A stretch of DNA of 64,000 nucleotides from Octopus vulgaris (GCA_951406725.2 OX597822.1:682001-746000); one strand, 5' to 3'. Positions 25,606-40,864 are shown, counted from the first letter of the stretch. Notes: generated by a model from the sequence alone, not told the origin. Made by a program: numbers and translations.

Positions 25606-27046
25606 TTAGAGTATGTTTAGTTGTGGTCTGTATTTTTGAATAAGATTACTTTCCTTATTTATTCGTGTTTGGTCTGTGGTGTTGTCCGAGCATTGGTATA
25701 GTGGGAAGACTAAGAATTTGGGGGACTTATTGTGTGCACAAAGGTCTAAGTGTCCACTTAGTGGTATCTGTCTTGTGGAGGGGTCCCTCAGTTGTTGTCG
25801 GTGAACTGTCATTCTGTCTCTGAGGGTAAGGCTCGTTTGCCCTATGTAGTCTTCGTGGCATCCTTCACACCTTATGACGTAGAGTAAATTTTTTGATGCG
25901 CACGTGAAGTTATTTTTTATGATGAATGTGTGTCCCGAGTGGAACTTGTACGACGATCCCTCAATGAGGTGGATGCAGGTCTTACAGTTGGGGCGACCAC
26001 ATTTTTTGATGGTGGGCGGTGGGTTTGTGTTGTGTAATTTTGCGTTGGTGAGGAGGTTTTTTAGGGATTTAGGTTGTCTCTTACTTTTTATTATTTTATG
26101 AGCTGCCAGTATTTTTTTCAGGCGTGGGTCTTGATTTAGTTGTGGAATGTTGTTGTATATAATAGTGTAAGCTTCTGCATTCCTTGGGTTGTGTGTTGAG
26201 AGATAAGGGAGGCTATTGACTGTACTGTGGATGTGTTTGGGTTTTCGAAGGTCTTGAATGTTGATTGATTTGGCCCGTTCTATTCCGTTGTCTACTAGTG
26301 ATGCCGGGTAATGTCTTTCGAGAAGAATTGCCCTTAGTTCCCGGAGTCTTCTATTTCGTGTTGTGTCATTTGAGACAATAGTGCAGATTCTTCTCGCTAG
26401 GTTGAAGGGGATATTTGTCTTTGTGTGTTTTGGGTGATTGGAGGTGAATAGAAGGTATTGTTTAGAGTCAGTGGGTTTGTAATGGATGTCAGTTTCAATG
26501 TTGACGCCTTTTTTAATGATTAGGATGTCAAGAAAAGGGAGTTGGTCCTGACTATATTCCATTGTGAATTGAATGTTGTTATTTACACTGTTGATAAGGT
26601 TTTTGAAGTCTATAAGTTGGTCGAGTGTGTGGGACCATAGGATGAGGCAATCATCTAAGTAGCGTTTCCAGTTCTCCAACAGGTATTTGTGGAAAGACTG
26701 GCCGTACTTATATTTGGATTTTTCATAGATATGTGATTCCAGGTAGGCCATCACCAGGTTTGCATAGGTAGGTGCAACTTTCGTACCCATTGCAGTCCCT
26801 GAGACCTGTCTGTAAGTGTTGTTGTGGAAATACATGAAGTTGTTTTGCAGAATAAATTTGAGGCCCTCAATTATGAATTCTTTTTTAATTCTTTCCGGGA
26901 TCTCATTGGGATATTTATCCAGCCAGAATTTAATGGCTTCCAGTCCAAATTCATGTGGGATTGTGGTGTAAAGATTAATAACATCAAAAGAAACGATTAA
27001 GGTGTCTTTATCGGCATGTTTGGGGAGATGGTTTAATAGGTGGTTA
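25606..27046 (-). CDS. Penelope-like RT (N-terminally truncated) + Cys-rich linker + GIY-YIG endonuclease
   Basis: VSFDVINLYTTIP, GTAMGTKVAPTYANL, RYLDD, PFLD, CGRPNCKTC linker, LLYVIRC..C..YIGQT..R..H; uninterrupted for ~480 codons. The first ~90 aa of the track ORF (to 27315) are just the inverted arm read through. Confidence 0.93.
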
Positions 27047-28342
27047 ATGTGTATTGTATATGTACGTGTACAATTAAGTGTATATATTTGTGTGTATGTG
27101 TGCACTGTATATATGTATATTGTAGGTGTGCTATATGTGCATGAATACATGTATATGCATTGCGTGTATATATTTGTATGCATTGTGTGTGTATGTATGT
27201 TATGTGTGTGTGTGTGTATATATATATTATATGTATGCGTACGTGTATGTGTATGCATTGTATGTATGTGTGTTGTGTGTATATGTGGTACATCTATGTA
27301 TGTGTATGTAAACACTATTTATATGTATATGTGTATATATGTATATGCATTGTCTATATATATATATATTATATGTATGTATTGCGTATGTATATTGCAT
27401 GCATATATTGTGTATGTATATTACTTACATGCTGTATGTGTGTATTGTATGTGTGTATATATATATGCTAGGTGTATTTGTGTGATATTTATATTATGTA
27501 TGTATGTGTGCGTGTGTTGTGTGTGTGTGTGTGTATGTGTGTTATATATCTGTGTATGTTATATATAGATACATGTTATATTTGTGTGCTGTGTGTATAT
27601 GTGATATATGTGGGTGCGTTGTGTGTGGGTGTGTGTGTTCTGTGTGTGTGTGTGTTGTTTGTATGTGGTTTGTGTTTGTATACTATGTGTGTGTGTGTGT
27701 GTGTTGTTGTGTGTGTATGTGTTTGTGTGTATATATATGTGTGTGACAAACAGACGCTGTCTGACCAGCAGGCACGGACACATCTATTCACACCCGCATA
27801 CTAACCTCCTGATAACCCCAAAATCATTCATGCATAAAGGGGAAGTATACACCACATTGGCTACTTCTGTTCTCTCAGTTCAGCCTTTCTGCTAATACTG
27901 ACAGGTCAGTAAAAACATACTTAAAATATTCTGAGATGGACAAAAAATCCATTTTAATTTTTGCTGTCAAAACGCTGTATATATATACCAAAGATTGTAT
28001 ATATATACATGTAATGTGACAATTTGCGACAACCAATAATTAACGCAACCAATTCCCAATAATATATTTGTTTTATCCTTTTCTGCCAAATTTTCCCAAA
28101 TAATGTGACAATTATGTATAAAAAAACATTTTTGAATTCATAATATCCAATGTGACAATTATGTAAAAAACTTTTTTGAATGCATAATATTCAATGTGAC
28201 AATTATGTAAAAAACTTTTTTGAACCCATAATATCCAATGTGACAATTATGTAAAGAACTTTTTTGAATGCATAATATTCAATGTGACAATTATGTAAAA
28301 AACTTTTTTGAACCCATATTATTCAATGTTTCCTTAAATGTA

Positions 28343-28383
28343 ACTTTTGACAATCTTTTACCAAAGAGTGAAACCGGTTAAGT
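28343..28383 (+). ncRNA. Variant minimal hammerhead (U3-A8), inverted arm copy
   Basis: ACTT TTGACAA TCTTTTACCAAAGAGT GAAA CCGG TT AAGT; stem I ACTT/AAGT, palindromic stem III ACCGGT. Confidence 0.65.
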
Positions 28384-28422
28384 AAATAAACATCGTTTAA
28401 ATTGCATTTTCAAACCTTTTTT

Positions 28423-28481
<59 letters not shown>

Positions 28482-28544
28482 ATATGTGTTTGTGTGTGTG
28501 TGTGTGTGTGTATTTATCTAGAGTATATATGTATATACATGTGT

Positions 28545-29187
<643 letters not shown>

Positions 29188-30234
29188 ATGGAGTGTGTGC
29201 GTGTGTGTGGGTGCTCGCTCGTGCGTCTGTATGTGTTTGTCTTCACCTTTAACATTTGAGGAACTTAGATAAGTCGTCTTTTTGTTAGGTAATGTCAACG
29301 ATGATCTAATCCCCTTCGACGACTTCTTTCTAATATCGACATTGTAGCCTTGCACTACGTCTTGTCACGTGACTGTGAGTTGGCTCTCCTTTTGTCTTTA
29401 AAATTGTGCGACAAAACGGTGCATCTTCAATTTTCCATTTAAAATTATGCAGCATGAACTTATAGAGAAACTTATTTCTTTAGAAACTTTACGGACAGGC
29501 ATCTAACAATTTTCAGTGGTCACAGCTCGTACTTTTGCTATTCAATTGTCTTCCGCCACGGGAAAGTCTTTCTTAGAGTTAGAATTACATCGCTGGACGC
29601 TTATCTCTATATGAAACCTTAGTATTCAATGTTACATTGCCTACCTTTTAAACTATCATCCCTCCACTCATAGGTGTGTTGTAATAATACAAAGCTACCC
29701 GCAAAACATTTTCTAACTGACAGAAAACAGCCAAACAGAAAAAACAAAAACAAAAAAAAGACAAAACAACAACAGCAATAAAAAAAAACAAAAAACAAAA
29801 ACGAAAATGAACAGCAAAACTCTTCCCTTTCAAATCCTTTATTATACGACTTGTGGCAATTCGTGAAGTGCCCTAAACACAATTTCATTATAACAAGGGT
29901 AAATTGATAATTAATTGATGCGAAGTAAGGTAAACATGATTAAACTGAATGTCAAAGGCGTCCATATACCACACTGCGATCGCGATGCAGTTGTTTGAGG
30001 GGCTATTTTAATGTTCGGTTTGCTTTAGGACACGCCGTCTGTCTGTTTGTCTAGCTGTATGTGCAAAACTATGCCGGAGTTTGTGAATGTATGACGTATT
30101 TGCGTGTACATATACACACACATAGAAGGTATTCGCAATTCAATTTGTTTCATTTCAATTGCTGAAGATAATACACAGAATCATATCCATGACCCGCCCA
30201 GTTCACATACACAACCTCACGTATATACATACAC

Positions 30235-30593
30235 ATCGTGGCACTCCGTCGGCTTCGACGACGAGGGTTCCAGTTGCTCGTGCCTGCTCGTGAAACTAAC
30301 GGGCAAGTGGCTAGGCACATGTACCCTTAACGAAGTTCTCGGAGAGATTCAGCGTGACACAGAGTGTGACAAGGCTGGTCCTTTGAAATACGGGTACAAC
30401 AGAAACAGGAAGAAAGAATAAGAGAAAGTTGTGGTGAAAGAGTACAGCAGAGTTTTCCACCACCCCCTGCCGGAGCCGCGGGGAGGTTTAGGCATTTCGC
30501 TCAATAAACACTCACAATGCTCGGTCTGGGAATCGAAACCGCGATCCTACGACCGAGAGTCCGCTGCCCTAACCACTGGGCCATTGCGCCTCC
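30235..30593 (-). mobile_element. tRNA-derived SINE, family C
   Basis: Minus-strand head GGAGGCGCAATGGCCCAGTGGTTAGGGCAG (A box) ...GGTTTCGATTCCC (B box); homologous to 49030-49379. Confidence 0.88.
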
Positions 30594-31249
30594 ACACGCA
30601 CTCATTCACCAACATGACACAAATCAAAATGTCGAATCAATTATCTCTTCACACTTTTCAGTCTTCAACTAATATAATTAGAAACGCAAATACAAAGTGA
30701 CATACTGACACAACAAATAAATGTTTACAAATGTATGTAGATGTATAGGTATGATCTTAGCCCAGAACGAGGCATAGCTCTATAGCCATACTCGAACAGT
30801 TTCAGGAAATCTGATTAGAGCGTTAATAAATTTATGAGTTCATTGAGACCATTGAAAGCGCTTACTTGCAACACTGTGTCCTACTTTATATTCTGACGTT
30901 CATGAAAACGAAATGACGTTAGAACATTCACAATAAAAATAAATAGGTATTGTTAGTTTTCTTTAACGTCGTATTTCTTGAAAGTCGTATTCAATAGTGA
31001 TATATAATTGAATACAGGGATATACGGTTTCAAGTGATACAGCAGAAATAACAATGACTTTTAACTGTGACTCTAGACCAGAAATTTTTAAGAAAAGGTA
31101 ACAGAAGAAAGGAAAGCAGAACATTGTTTACACCTGACCTTACCTGTCGTTATTTCAAGTTTAGTTCCTTTTTGTCAGGAGTCCGCTGTTCAGCAGGTGT
31201 CTTGTACTGAGATGTATGTCAAAGGATTGTGGTATCGCATAGTTGTATT

Positions 31250-31546
31250 TTTTTTTTTACAATAACGAATCTGTCTTGACCAGCAATCGTCTGGTCATAA
31301 TCGATGGCTTCAGTCTATCAATGAAGGTAGCCACCCTTATTCTCAAATTATCCATGTTACGCTTTGCGCCTTGACGGTGACTGTAAAAACGGGAGTTTGG
31401 TATTTCTCCTGCTGTTTCACTGTACGTTTTCTTTGATACGGATATATAGTTTTCCCATGGTGCTTCCGATGGAGGAGCCACCTATGTTTTTGCAGATTAT
31501 TTGGTACATTATGTAGAGACCTCGAGCACATGTCCCAATAGTTCAT
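31250..31546 (-). pseudogene. Possible decayed RTE-like LINE 3' fragment
   Basis: Minus strand encodes LLGHVLE (~WLGHVLR) followed by weak W.P / GRP-like similarity; many disablements. Confidence 0.25.
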
Positions 31547-31939
31547 GGGACAAGAAAACCTACTCTGGTGTGGTTTGAACTTAGAACGCAGAGAGAATAC
31601 TTCAAATTATACAATTCTACAAATACGTTTCTATACTCTTCCCTCGACACTGCAGATAACTAGGATTTAAACATACAGCTTCATTTAAAGTTTCTATTAT
31701 TTCAACATAGATACGTAGTTAACGTATAACTCAGCGCAATTTAGTATTTAATAATATTAGCTAAGAACAGATGGATTAATATTATGCAATTTGATGTATC
31801 CAGTTCTCTTCAATATTCATTGTGCATAGGAAGTAATTGGAAGCATATTTATTCCTGGACAAAAAGAAATGTACGGCTTCTGACGAAGGCTTAAAATAGA
31901 GCTAAACTGCAGGCCATGTCATTGACAGTTTTGACCACA

Positions 31940-32207
31940 GTATGTGTGTATGTATGTATGTATGTATGTATGTATGTATGTATGTATGTATGTATGTGTG
32001 TATGTATGTATGTATGCATGCATGTATGTATGTATGTATGTATGTATGTATGCATGTGTGTATGTATGTATGTACGTACGTATCTATGTATGTATGTATG
32101 TATGTATGTACGTATGTACTTATGTATGTGTGTGTATGTGTGTGTGTATGTATGTATGTATGCATGTGTGTATGTATGTATGTATGTATGTATGTATGTG
32201 TGTATGT

Positions 32208-32253
<46 letters not shown>
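31940..32253. repeat. (TATG)n/(TA)n compound microsatellite
   Basis: Direct reading. Confidence 0.95.
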
Positions 32254-32256
<3 letters not shown>

Positions 32257-32460
32257 CATATATACATACAAGCATACATAAATTCATATATTTATAACCG
32301 CACATGAGCTCATGCACAGACAGACACACACATATATATACTTAGAGCGAGAGAGAGAGAGAGAGAGAACGGGAAGGGAGTGAGAAATACATAAATTCAT
32401 ATATTCATAACCACACATGAGCATACACAGACACACACACACATATATATATATACTGAG

Positions 32461-32506
<46 letters not shown>

Positions 32507-32607
32507 CAGAAAGACAGAGAGAGAACGAAAAGGGAGTGAGAAACAGTGATAATATATAAGAAACCTAGCTATTACTTATATGCATGCACTAAGATATTTA
32601 ACCTGCC

Positions 32608-32945
32608 CTTGTACACTCGAACGTGAGGGGACCTTTCGCTGCGGAAATTGATTTTGGGAAAAACTTTTCTTGATGAGTAACATGTGGGAACACACATTTG
32701 GTTATAAACGATGTCAATGGATCGTGTGACGTATGCGTTTCTGCGTTGGTCTTACATATATCACAACTATCGTCCTAATAGGGATGTAAAAGATGAATCC
32801 CGCATTTGTAGCTGATGACGCATAACCACGCAGAAAAGCATGCATCCAACGATCCGTTAATGTAATTCCCACATGTTCACGAGAAAAGATTTTCTCTCAT
32901 GCTCATTTCCGCAGCAAAAAGGTTTCACATGTCCAAGTATACAAG
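32608..32945. mobile_element. Old, diverged foldback/palindromic element
   Basis: Nested inverted pairs CTTGTACACT/AGTATACAAG, GCTGCGGAAAT/ATTTCCGCAGC, AACATGTGGGAA/TTCCCACATGTT, GGATCGT/ACGATCC, TTTCTGCGT/ACGCAGAAA. Confidence 0.7.
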
Positions 32946-33217
32946 AACGTTTTAAAAAATATTCTACATGCATATATTTTATTCAACGTTGCTTCGCACG
33001 ACTCTGTTTAAATAGGTTAATACATATTACACGCACACATATCGTTATGCAATATTATATATTACGTAATAAACATTTATATGTAGTTATGTAAAGTAGT
33101 GTATGTATTTTCATATATATACACACATGTGCTTAGGTAATTTGAAATTAATGCAGATCGAGGAAAAATGATAAAAGAAGAATCTTAGTCTGTCTGTCTC
33201 TGCCTCTGTATCTCTCT

Positions 33218-33302
<85 letters not shown>

Positions 33303-33338
33303 TATACATGTGCGTGCATTTATGCTAATGTGTGTGAG

Positions 33339-33375
<37 letters not shown>

Positions 33376-35154
33376 TATATATATATATATACATATATAT
33401 ATTTATATATATGTATATATGTATACATTTACACACAGACATATATATACACACACGTATACACGTATGTATATATACATATGAATGCATATACGCATAC
33501 GCACACACGCATACAGATATACTCACACATATATCTGTATGTATGCATGCATGCGTATATATATATATTTATGCATATACATATATAATTACACCTGTAT
33601 ATAAAATGAAAAAAATCCAGCTGCGAAAGAAATTTTGAAAAATATGCATCAAATAGTAGAAAATAAAGATGGATTGTGATAATGGAATGGTGAGTTCTTC
33701 GAAACAGAGAAACAGATGATGTCGAAGACATCTTTTGGTAGGGACAGAACCAAAAAAAAAAAAAAAAAAAGTAGAGGGATTTGCATTGACGGAGATTAAT
33801 ATAGAAATAGATAACAATTTGTTTGAAGCGAAAAAAAAAGAGAAAAAAGAACGATGAAAGAAAGCACGAAAGAGACTAAAACAACGAGAATAGAATGAAA
33901 CATTCCTATGAGAAAAGTGAAAGAACGATAAAGCAAAGAAAGAAAAATATAAAGATATGAAAAATATGAAAAGAATAAAAATAGACGGGAATGAAATATG
34001 GAAAATGGAAACGTTGAGAATGTAGCAAAACCTGAATTTGCGGAAGCAGTACATTTTTTGTTTAGTTTTTAGTTTTTTTTGTATTTTGTATTTTCTTATA
34101 CGACAGTCTAAATATTTTATATTTTCAGGCTCGCTAAATATCGTTCAATATTTAAACAAATGACTTATTTCCACTGACTGTTATCATTTATGACATTTCA
34201 AATTAATGCCAATGAAAAATAGAATAAATATGAATAAATATATAAACATATGAAAAAAAGAAACTAAATAAATATTCGAAGTTTGCCAAGAAGAAAATGA
34301 AGTAAATATTATAATGGAAAGAAAGAAAAAAAATTGCTAGTTCTAAGTTAAATAGTAAGAAAATAAAACTAATAATAATAATAATGATCAGAAACATATA
34401 TAATTTCGAAATATAATTAAAAAGACTGAAAAGAAACAAAAATAAATAAATAAATAGATCAATAAAAACAGAAAATAAGAATCAAAATGGCGGCAGACGA
34501 GAGAGTAAATGATTGAAACTGAAAACGTCCGTCTGCCTCTTTCGTTTTTCAGAACTAAACAGACGACATCGAAATGAAGAATTGGGAAACGCGGATTAAA
34601 TGATGGAAATGGGTGGAAGAAAGAATTAAATGTTTCTTAATACAAATCTTCAGTTACCGGGAGAAAGAGAAAAATGAATAAATAAAAAGAATAAAAGTTG
34701 CCGCAACAATAATGTCTTTCTTTTTTTTTACTTTCGATTAAATATATAAAAAAAATTAATTAAAATATAATTAAATGAATTTCCTCTTCTTTCACTTCAG
34801 CTTTCATCACCATCACCACCAGCATCACCACCGCCGCCACCTTCTTCTTCTTCTTCTTCTTCTTCTTCTTCTTCTTCTTCTTCTTCTTCTTCTTCTTCTT
34901 CTTCTTCTTCTTCTTCTTCTTTTTCTTTTTCTTTTTCTTCTTCTTCTTCTTCTTCTTCTTCTTCTTCTTTTCTTCTTCTTCTTCTTCTTCTTCTTCTTCT
35001 TCTTCTTCTTCTTCTCCACCTTCACTTCTATGACCATCGTCATCAGCATCAGCATCATTATCATCGTGATCTCCATTATCGTCATCCTCCCTGCGCTCAT
35101 CTTCATCATCACCGTCATAGTCTTCTTCTTCTTCTTCTTCTTCTTCTTCTTCTT

Positions 35155-35232
<78 letters not shown>

Positions 35233-36985
35233 TTTCTTCTTGTCCTCCTCCTCCTCCTCCTTTTCCTCCCCTCGTCATCATATTCATCATCATCTTCATC
35301 ATGATCTTTTCCCCATAGTCATCATCACCTACCACAACAACGTTTATCTTACATGTATTGTGTCCTGTTCCTCACATCCCGTAGTATATATATAGTTCTG
35401 TCTCTATACATCCCATTCTTGGCATCGTAAAGTGATTCGACGCCATATTGTATCCATTGCATTACTATCAACGTCCATTATAAGAAAGAAATTACCTGCC
35501 CCCCCCCCCCCAACATTTATCTTCCCTTACTTCCTCATCATCGTTCACATATTTCATTCGGTTTGTTTCTCATTACTCAGAGCAGAAAATTTAAACAATC
35601 TTTCAAGCAATTCTTCCATTATTTCATTGTGCGGTTTGTTGATGTGTAAAGTATGCACAAAGGTAAGTGGTGAATCTGAGACATTGGTAAGCCGTAAAGA
35701 AGTGAAAGTGGTCTTCCTAGGTAAATAATCAGTTTGCCTGAATTACAAGCCTAGGTTAAGTGTTGGTCTAGATAGTATGAATAGATCTTGAAGTTCTGTC
35801 AAGCACTTCCTATTTCCTATATAGAAATGTTTCTTAACACAAGAAGTGATTCTTTAGGCCATTGTACGTTTACGGGAAGGCAAATAACGCAGGGACTTTA
35901 TGGGGTATGTGCTAAGTGTTTAGGGGGCGTTGTTATGTTTTTTAGAAATAAAATTCTGCTGAGTGTTTAAAGAAATTGTGATGTGTTTTAGAAATAAAGT
36001 ATTTTAACTTGTTATAATACTTGTACTTTAAATACATTAAAAAATTCTTTGTCAGGAATCCTCTAGAGGTGGAGATAATTCTGATAAACCTACAGTTTAT
36101 GTTGCATATTATTTGACATACTCGTATTTGTCTATTATTCAAATACATGCCACCGGCCACAGTTATTTTTCTAAATCCAATTTGGCTTAAATTATGCAAA
36201 TCATCTAAGGCAGAAATTTTTCTACTCTTTTTTTTTACGTGTGTAAATCTAAATCCTATGAATACTGGTGTTATGGACAGACAATTGTTGTGCTGATAAC
36301 GGCCGTTAAGCCAGAAACGTGACTCTCTAGACAATAAGTCAGTTCTTTTCCTCAATTGCATGTCAATTTTGGAGAATACTTAATCCTTCAGGTTATCGCC
36401 CTTCCTCAAGTGACGCTGGTCTTAATTGCTATTTGATAAATATGGCACAACCCCTTGGAGTGGAAATTTAATAAACCCAGAGTTTATGTTGGACGTACAA
36501 TTTGACATTGCGTTATTAGTGAGATGAAACAAGACAGACGTTGCACCTAAGTTCAATATAATTATGTTAGATAAGTTATCGATTTCTTTAGTAATTTCCA
36601 GACAAAATCTACGCAAGTATCTAAAAAGTATCTAAAAAGTATCTAAAAAGAGATGCATGTTGGGATGGATAATTTTAGAAACAATTCTCAAAAAATAATT
36701 TTCCCCTTTTTTTTTGTAGGTACTTAACTAATATCCGAGGAATTGTTTTCTTCTAATGAAATACACTAGAGTAATGACAACGGTGATGGTTGTGGTGGTG
36801 GTAGTGATGATGATGAGGATGGGAGTGCTAATAGAGATGGTGATATAAAGGAGGAGTGGAAGTGATGGCGGAGGTGGAAATGGTAATGATGATGGACGTG
36901 CCTAGAGAGATGGTGATATTAAGGAGGGATGGAAGTGGTGGTGGTTGTTGTTTTTATTATTATTGGTAATATTATTATCATTAAT

Positions 36986-37065
36986 GCGGTAGACTCGTTA
37001 CCACTCCGGCCCGTATTTACATTCCGAGTTCAAATTCCACCGTGGCAGACTTCGCCTTTCAACCG
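36986..37065 (+). mobile_element. SINE family A head fragment
   Basis: GAGTTCAAATTCCACCGTGGCAGACTTCGCCTTTC. Confidence 0.55.
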
Positions 37066-37718
37066 TTACCTTTCATCCATATTATTGCTATGATGAAGAT
37101 GACGGCAGTGGTGGAAGTGGTGGTGAAGATGATAATTGTTGCTGTGGTGGTTGTCTCGACGATAATGGTGATGATGACGACGAAATAACAACGACATGAT
37201 GATAAAAAAAATCAGCGATAATGGCGATGAAGTAGTACTGAACTTTTCAAACAATAAAACAACTTTGAAGTGAAACCGGTTTGTCAGACTAACCCACTGA
37301 TATGATAACAAGTATCTAAAAGTTACCTGTCAGTAGAAGATGGCAGAAATGAAGAATACTTTGAAATATTTATCTTTTTATATCGCTTATTTTGCTGCCT
37401 ATATTTATTCGAATGAAAACGGTCTATCTGTATGGCCTGGGTGGGGGGGTATGAATACAATTTTGTATTGTATGTATATATGTATGTATATATATATTCA
37501 TTGACAGATCAAAACATATACACACGCACAAATATATTTAAGAGCATAATTCAATCTTTGTATATACAATATGTATATGTGTGTATATGTGCGTGAGAAA
37601 GAGAGAGAGACAAGGGGACAGAGAAACCGAGAGAAAGAGAGAGAGAGAGAAAGTAAGACTTTGTGTATGCCTAACTTTTTATGTAAACACACATGTATAT
37701 GACTTATATAATCATACG

Positions 37719-37755
<37 letters not shown>

Positions 37756-37867
37756 ATGTGTATATATATATATACATATACGTATATATGAATATATATA
37801 CACATTTATGTATAAATATACATACGTATATATATGAATATATGTATATATATGTATACATACTATA

Positions 37868-37951
<84 letters not shown>

Positions 37952-38297
37952 AATATGCACATATATGTATATGCATACTAATGCGTATTCTATCACTCTT
38001 CTCACTCGCCACATCTCCCCTCTTTCTATATATGTATATATGTCTATGCACAGACACACAGAGAGACAAACAGACACACACACACGACACACACACACAC
38101 ACGCACACACACACACACGCATTCACACACAAACTGGCGCTCGCAAAAGTGTATGTTGCATCATTGATATGTATTCAGAATACCTATTCGATAAATCGGA
38201 CGGGTTAATGTGAGAGATTAACTTTGCTCTAATAGGCAATGTCGCTATTGTCGATGATAATTGCTATTGCTGTGTCGATATACTTGCTGCTGCTGCG

Positions 38298-38328
<31 letters not shown>

Positions 38329-39058
38329 ATTTACCTTCACAATGACGACGATGACGATAATGACAGTGGCGACACTGATGACGTTGATGACGACTATGGC
38401 GTTATTATACGTACTGGTGACGGTAGTAACGACGGCATTGATGATGATGATGACGACGATAATGATGGTGATGGTGATGATGATGATGATGAGGAGGAGG
38501 AGGAGGAGGATGAAGATGATGATGATGATGATGATGATGATGACAATGTGGAGGAAGAAGAAAATTATGAAGTTAACGATGATGATGACGACGACGATAA
38601 TGATGTTTATGATGATGATGATGATGATCGTTGCCGAGACGTATAATGCAAAGTGAGGCGTGATTCGGATGCTAAAGAACAGCGGATTTACCCGTCGGTT
38701 TGTCGTCTGGTCAATTCGATTCAAACGGAATGGAAGGATATAAGAATAGAAAAAAAAAAGGAATAACGAGAGAGAAACAATAAGATTTTCATGGCAAACT
38801 GGAGTGGAATAGAAAGAGAAATTAATTCGGGGATTAGAATAGACGAACACTTTTAAGACTCTTTAGAATACATAAATATGTTCAACCAATATAGTCACGA
38901 ATGAAATCGAATATTGTAGACGGTGTACATATGTGTCCGTATATTGTGTGTTTGTGTGTGTGAGTACATGTATGTGTGCGTGTGTCGATATATAGGTAAA
39001 TTCTTATGTACAGACATTTATATATACGTATATATATATATATATATATATATAGGGG

Positions 39059-39339
39059 TAAAATATGAAAAATCAACGAAAATGCATATTGCAGATAGAA
39101 AAAGGCTATTTATGACAGGTAGTGACAAATATATACATTTAGATTGACTGAGGTAGTAATACGAGTCATAAAGGTCATTATTATCAGATGATTGTAGAAT
39201 TAATAATATAATAATGACCTTTATGAGTCTCTACTTATTATTATTACTATCATCTCAGTCAATCTAAATGCATATATTTGTTACTACCTGTCATAAATAG
39301 CCTTTTTCTATCGGCAATATGCATTTTCGTTGATTTTTC

Positions 39340-39347
<8 letters not shown>
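39059..39347. mobile_element. Foldback/palindromic MITE-like element in (TA)n
   Basis: ~95-bp near-perfect arms (TAAAATATGAAAAATCAACG.../...CGTTGATTTTTCATATTTTA) plus inner pair TCATAAAGGTCATTAT/ATAATGACCTTTATGA; the ORF track shows the same peptide on both strands. Confidence 0.88.
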
Positions 39348-39409
<62 letters not shown>

Positions 39410-40109
39410 CAAGTAATATGAGAGGGACCACACGTGGTCACTCTAACGCTAGAAATAGATCCGCAAAGGGAATCCACCACTAAAGAATTGTTCTCAAGCA
39501 TTAATTCAACACGCCAAGAATGTAAGCGGGCAGGACAAATGAAAAATAACGAAAAAATGGATTAACTCTATACAATTGTTTCATCGTTAATAGATTGTGT
39601 AATTTTACTTACAAATCATTTTCGAATCGTCGGTAGAGTATATCAAAAATATAATTTGCTGAACCGAACGCCAAAATCCATACGAAGCCGAGCAAGAGCG
39701 GTCCCTCTCTTATTACTTGTATTAATAATTTTTACTGTATCACAGTTTTTTCACAAATTTAAATATTCGTTAATTCGCTATTTGGAAAACCGACAGTTTA
39801 TTCTATTAATGTATATGTAATGTAAAACATTATTTATTGAATGAAATTTTTTGAATAAGCAGGTATAATTTTTGTGAAAAAAATTAAATAATCTTGGTAG
39901 TGATAACTATCCGGACCGATTCTGGCCATTTTCCTTAAAAAACATGAGAAGAGCTGTTTCGATAAAAAAAACAAACAAAAAAGAAAATTGTAAATATTTT
40001 CAGAGGAAAAGGTAAACAATTCATGGGAGGTTTCGCTGTTGTTTCTGGCAAATATAATATACATATACATACATACATATATATATATATATGTATCATA
40101 TCATATATG

Positions 40110-40220
<111 letters not shown>

Positions 40221-40234
40221 CATATATATATATA

Positions 40235-40455
40235 GGAGTAGCTATATGATAAGAAACTTGCTTCCCAACCGCTTGGTTCCTGGTTCAATCCCACTACGTG
40301 ACACCTTGGGGAAGTGTCTTTTACTATAGCCTTGTGAGTGGATTTAGTAGACAGAAACTGAAAGAAACCCGTTATATATATGTGTGTGTGTGTGTCACCC
40401 CACCATCGCTTGACAACCGATGTTGCTGTGTTTTCCTCCCCGTAACTTAGCGGGG
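40235..40455 (+). mobile_element. tRNA-derived CORE-like SINE with internal microsatellite (family B)
   Basis: GGTTCAATCCC B box, GTGACACCTTGGGGAAGTGTCTT core-like motif; homologous to 59883-60248. Confidence 0.8.
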
Positions 40456-40864
40456 ATATATATATATCCTTCGTTCTATCTTTGTACCTACTTAGCCTCA
40501 TATCTACGTATAATTTCAATCAAATGTTGCTCTATTATTACCTAATTTCAATTTATACTATTCTCACTTAAATTCCAAATGGATCACCGAAAGAAAAACG
40601 TACTTTGTGGTGTTTGTTTCAGTACTTTACGTGAGCCGACATTGCATTTCATTCCCCAGAGGCCGCAGAAATAATTATAAGTCAAGTAACAGAGTCGAGG
40701 CATTTGGCTAACAACCTCCATTCAAAATTGCTGCACTTGTGTCTAAATTAGCGACCATTATTAACGAGTACAACAGAAAAAAAATCGAATTGAATATTAC
40801 TTGCGGTACACCTGAAGTGAAAACATAACTAAAAAGTATAAGGGGGGAAATTATATTCAGGTTA

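Larger units (their letters stand above)
23428..28430 (-). mobile_element. 5'-truncated Penelope-like element (Neptune type) with inverted pLTR arms
   Basis: RT+GIY-YIG ORF; 23464-24851 is the near-perfect reverse complement of 27047-28430; ~36-bp unique 3' extension 23428-23463; (TA)n on both sides. Confidence 0.92.

Noticed and set aside
30520-30593. tRNA gene
   Set aside because: A and B boxes present but it continues into a SINE body that is repeated at 49030-49379; SINE head
31870-31915. CTGACGA motif as a hammerhead
   Set aside because: No GAAA after a closing stem II
35600-36760. Possible decayed CR1/L2 LINE 3' end on minus strand (IVRP, RKRTDLL)
   Set aside because: Motif similarity too weak to call by eye
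38239-38646. Signal-peptide-like + acidic 135-aa ORF
   Set aside because: Made of (CTG)n and (GAT)n microsatellites; no splice or homology support
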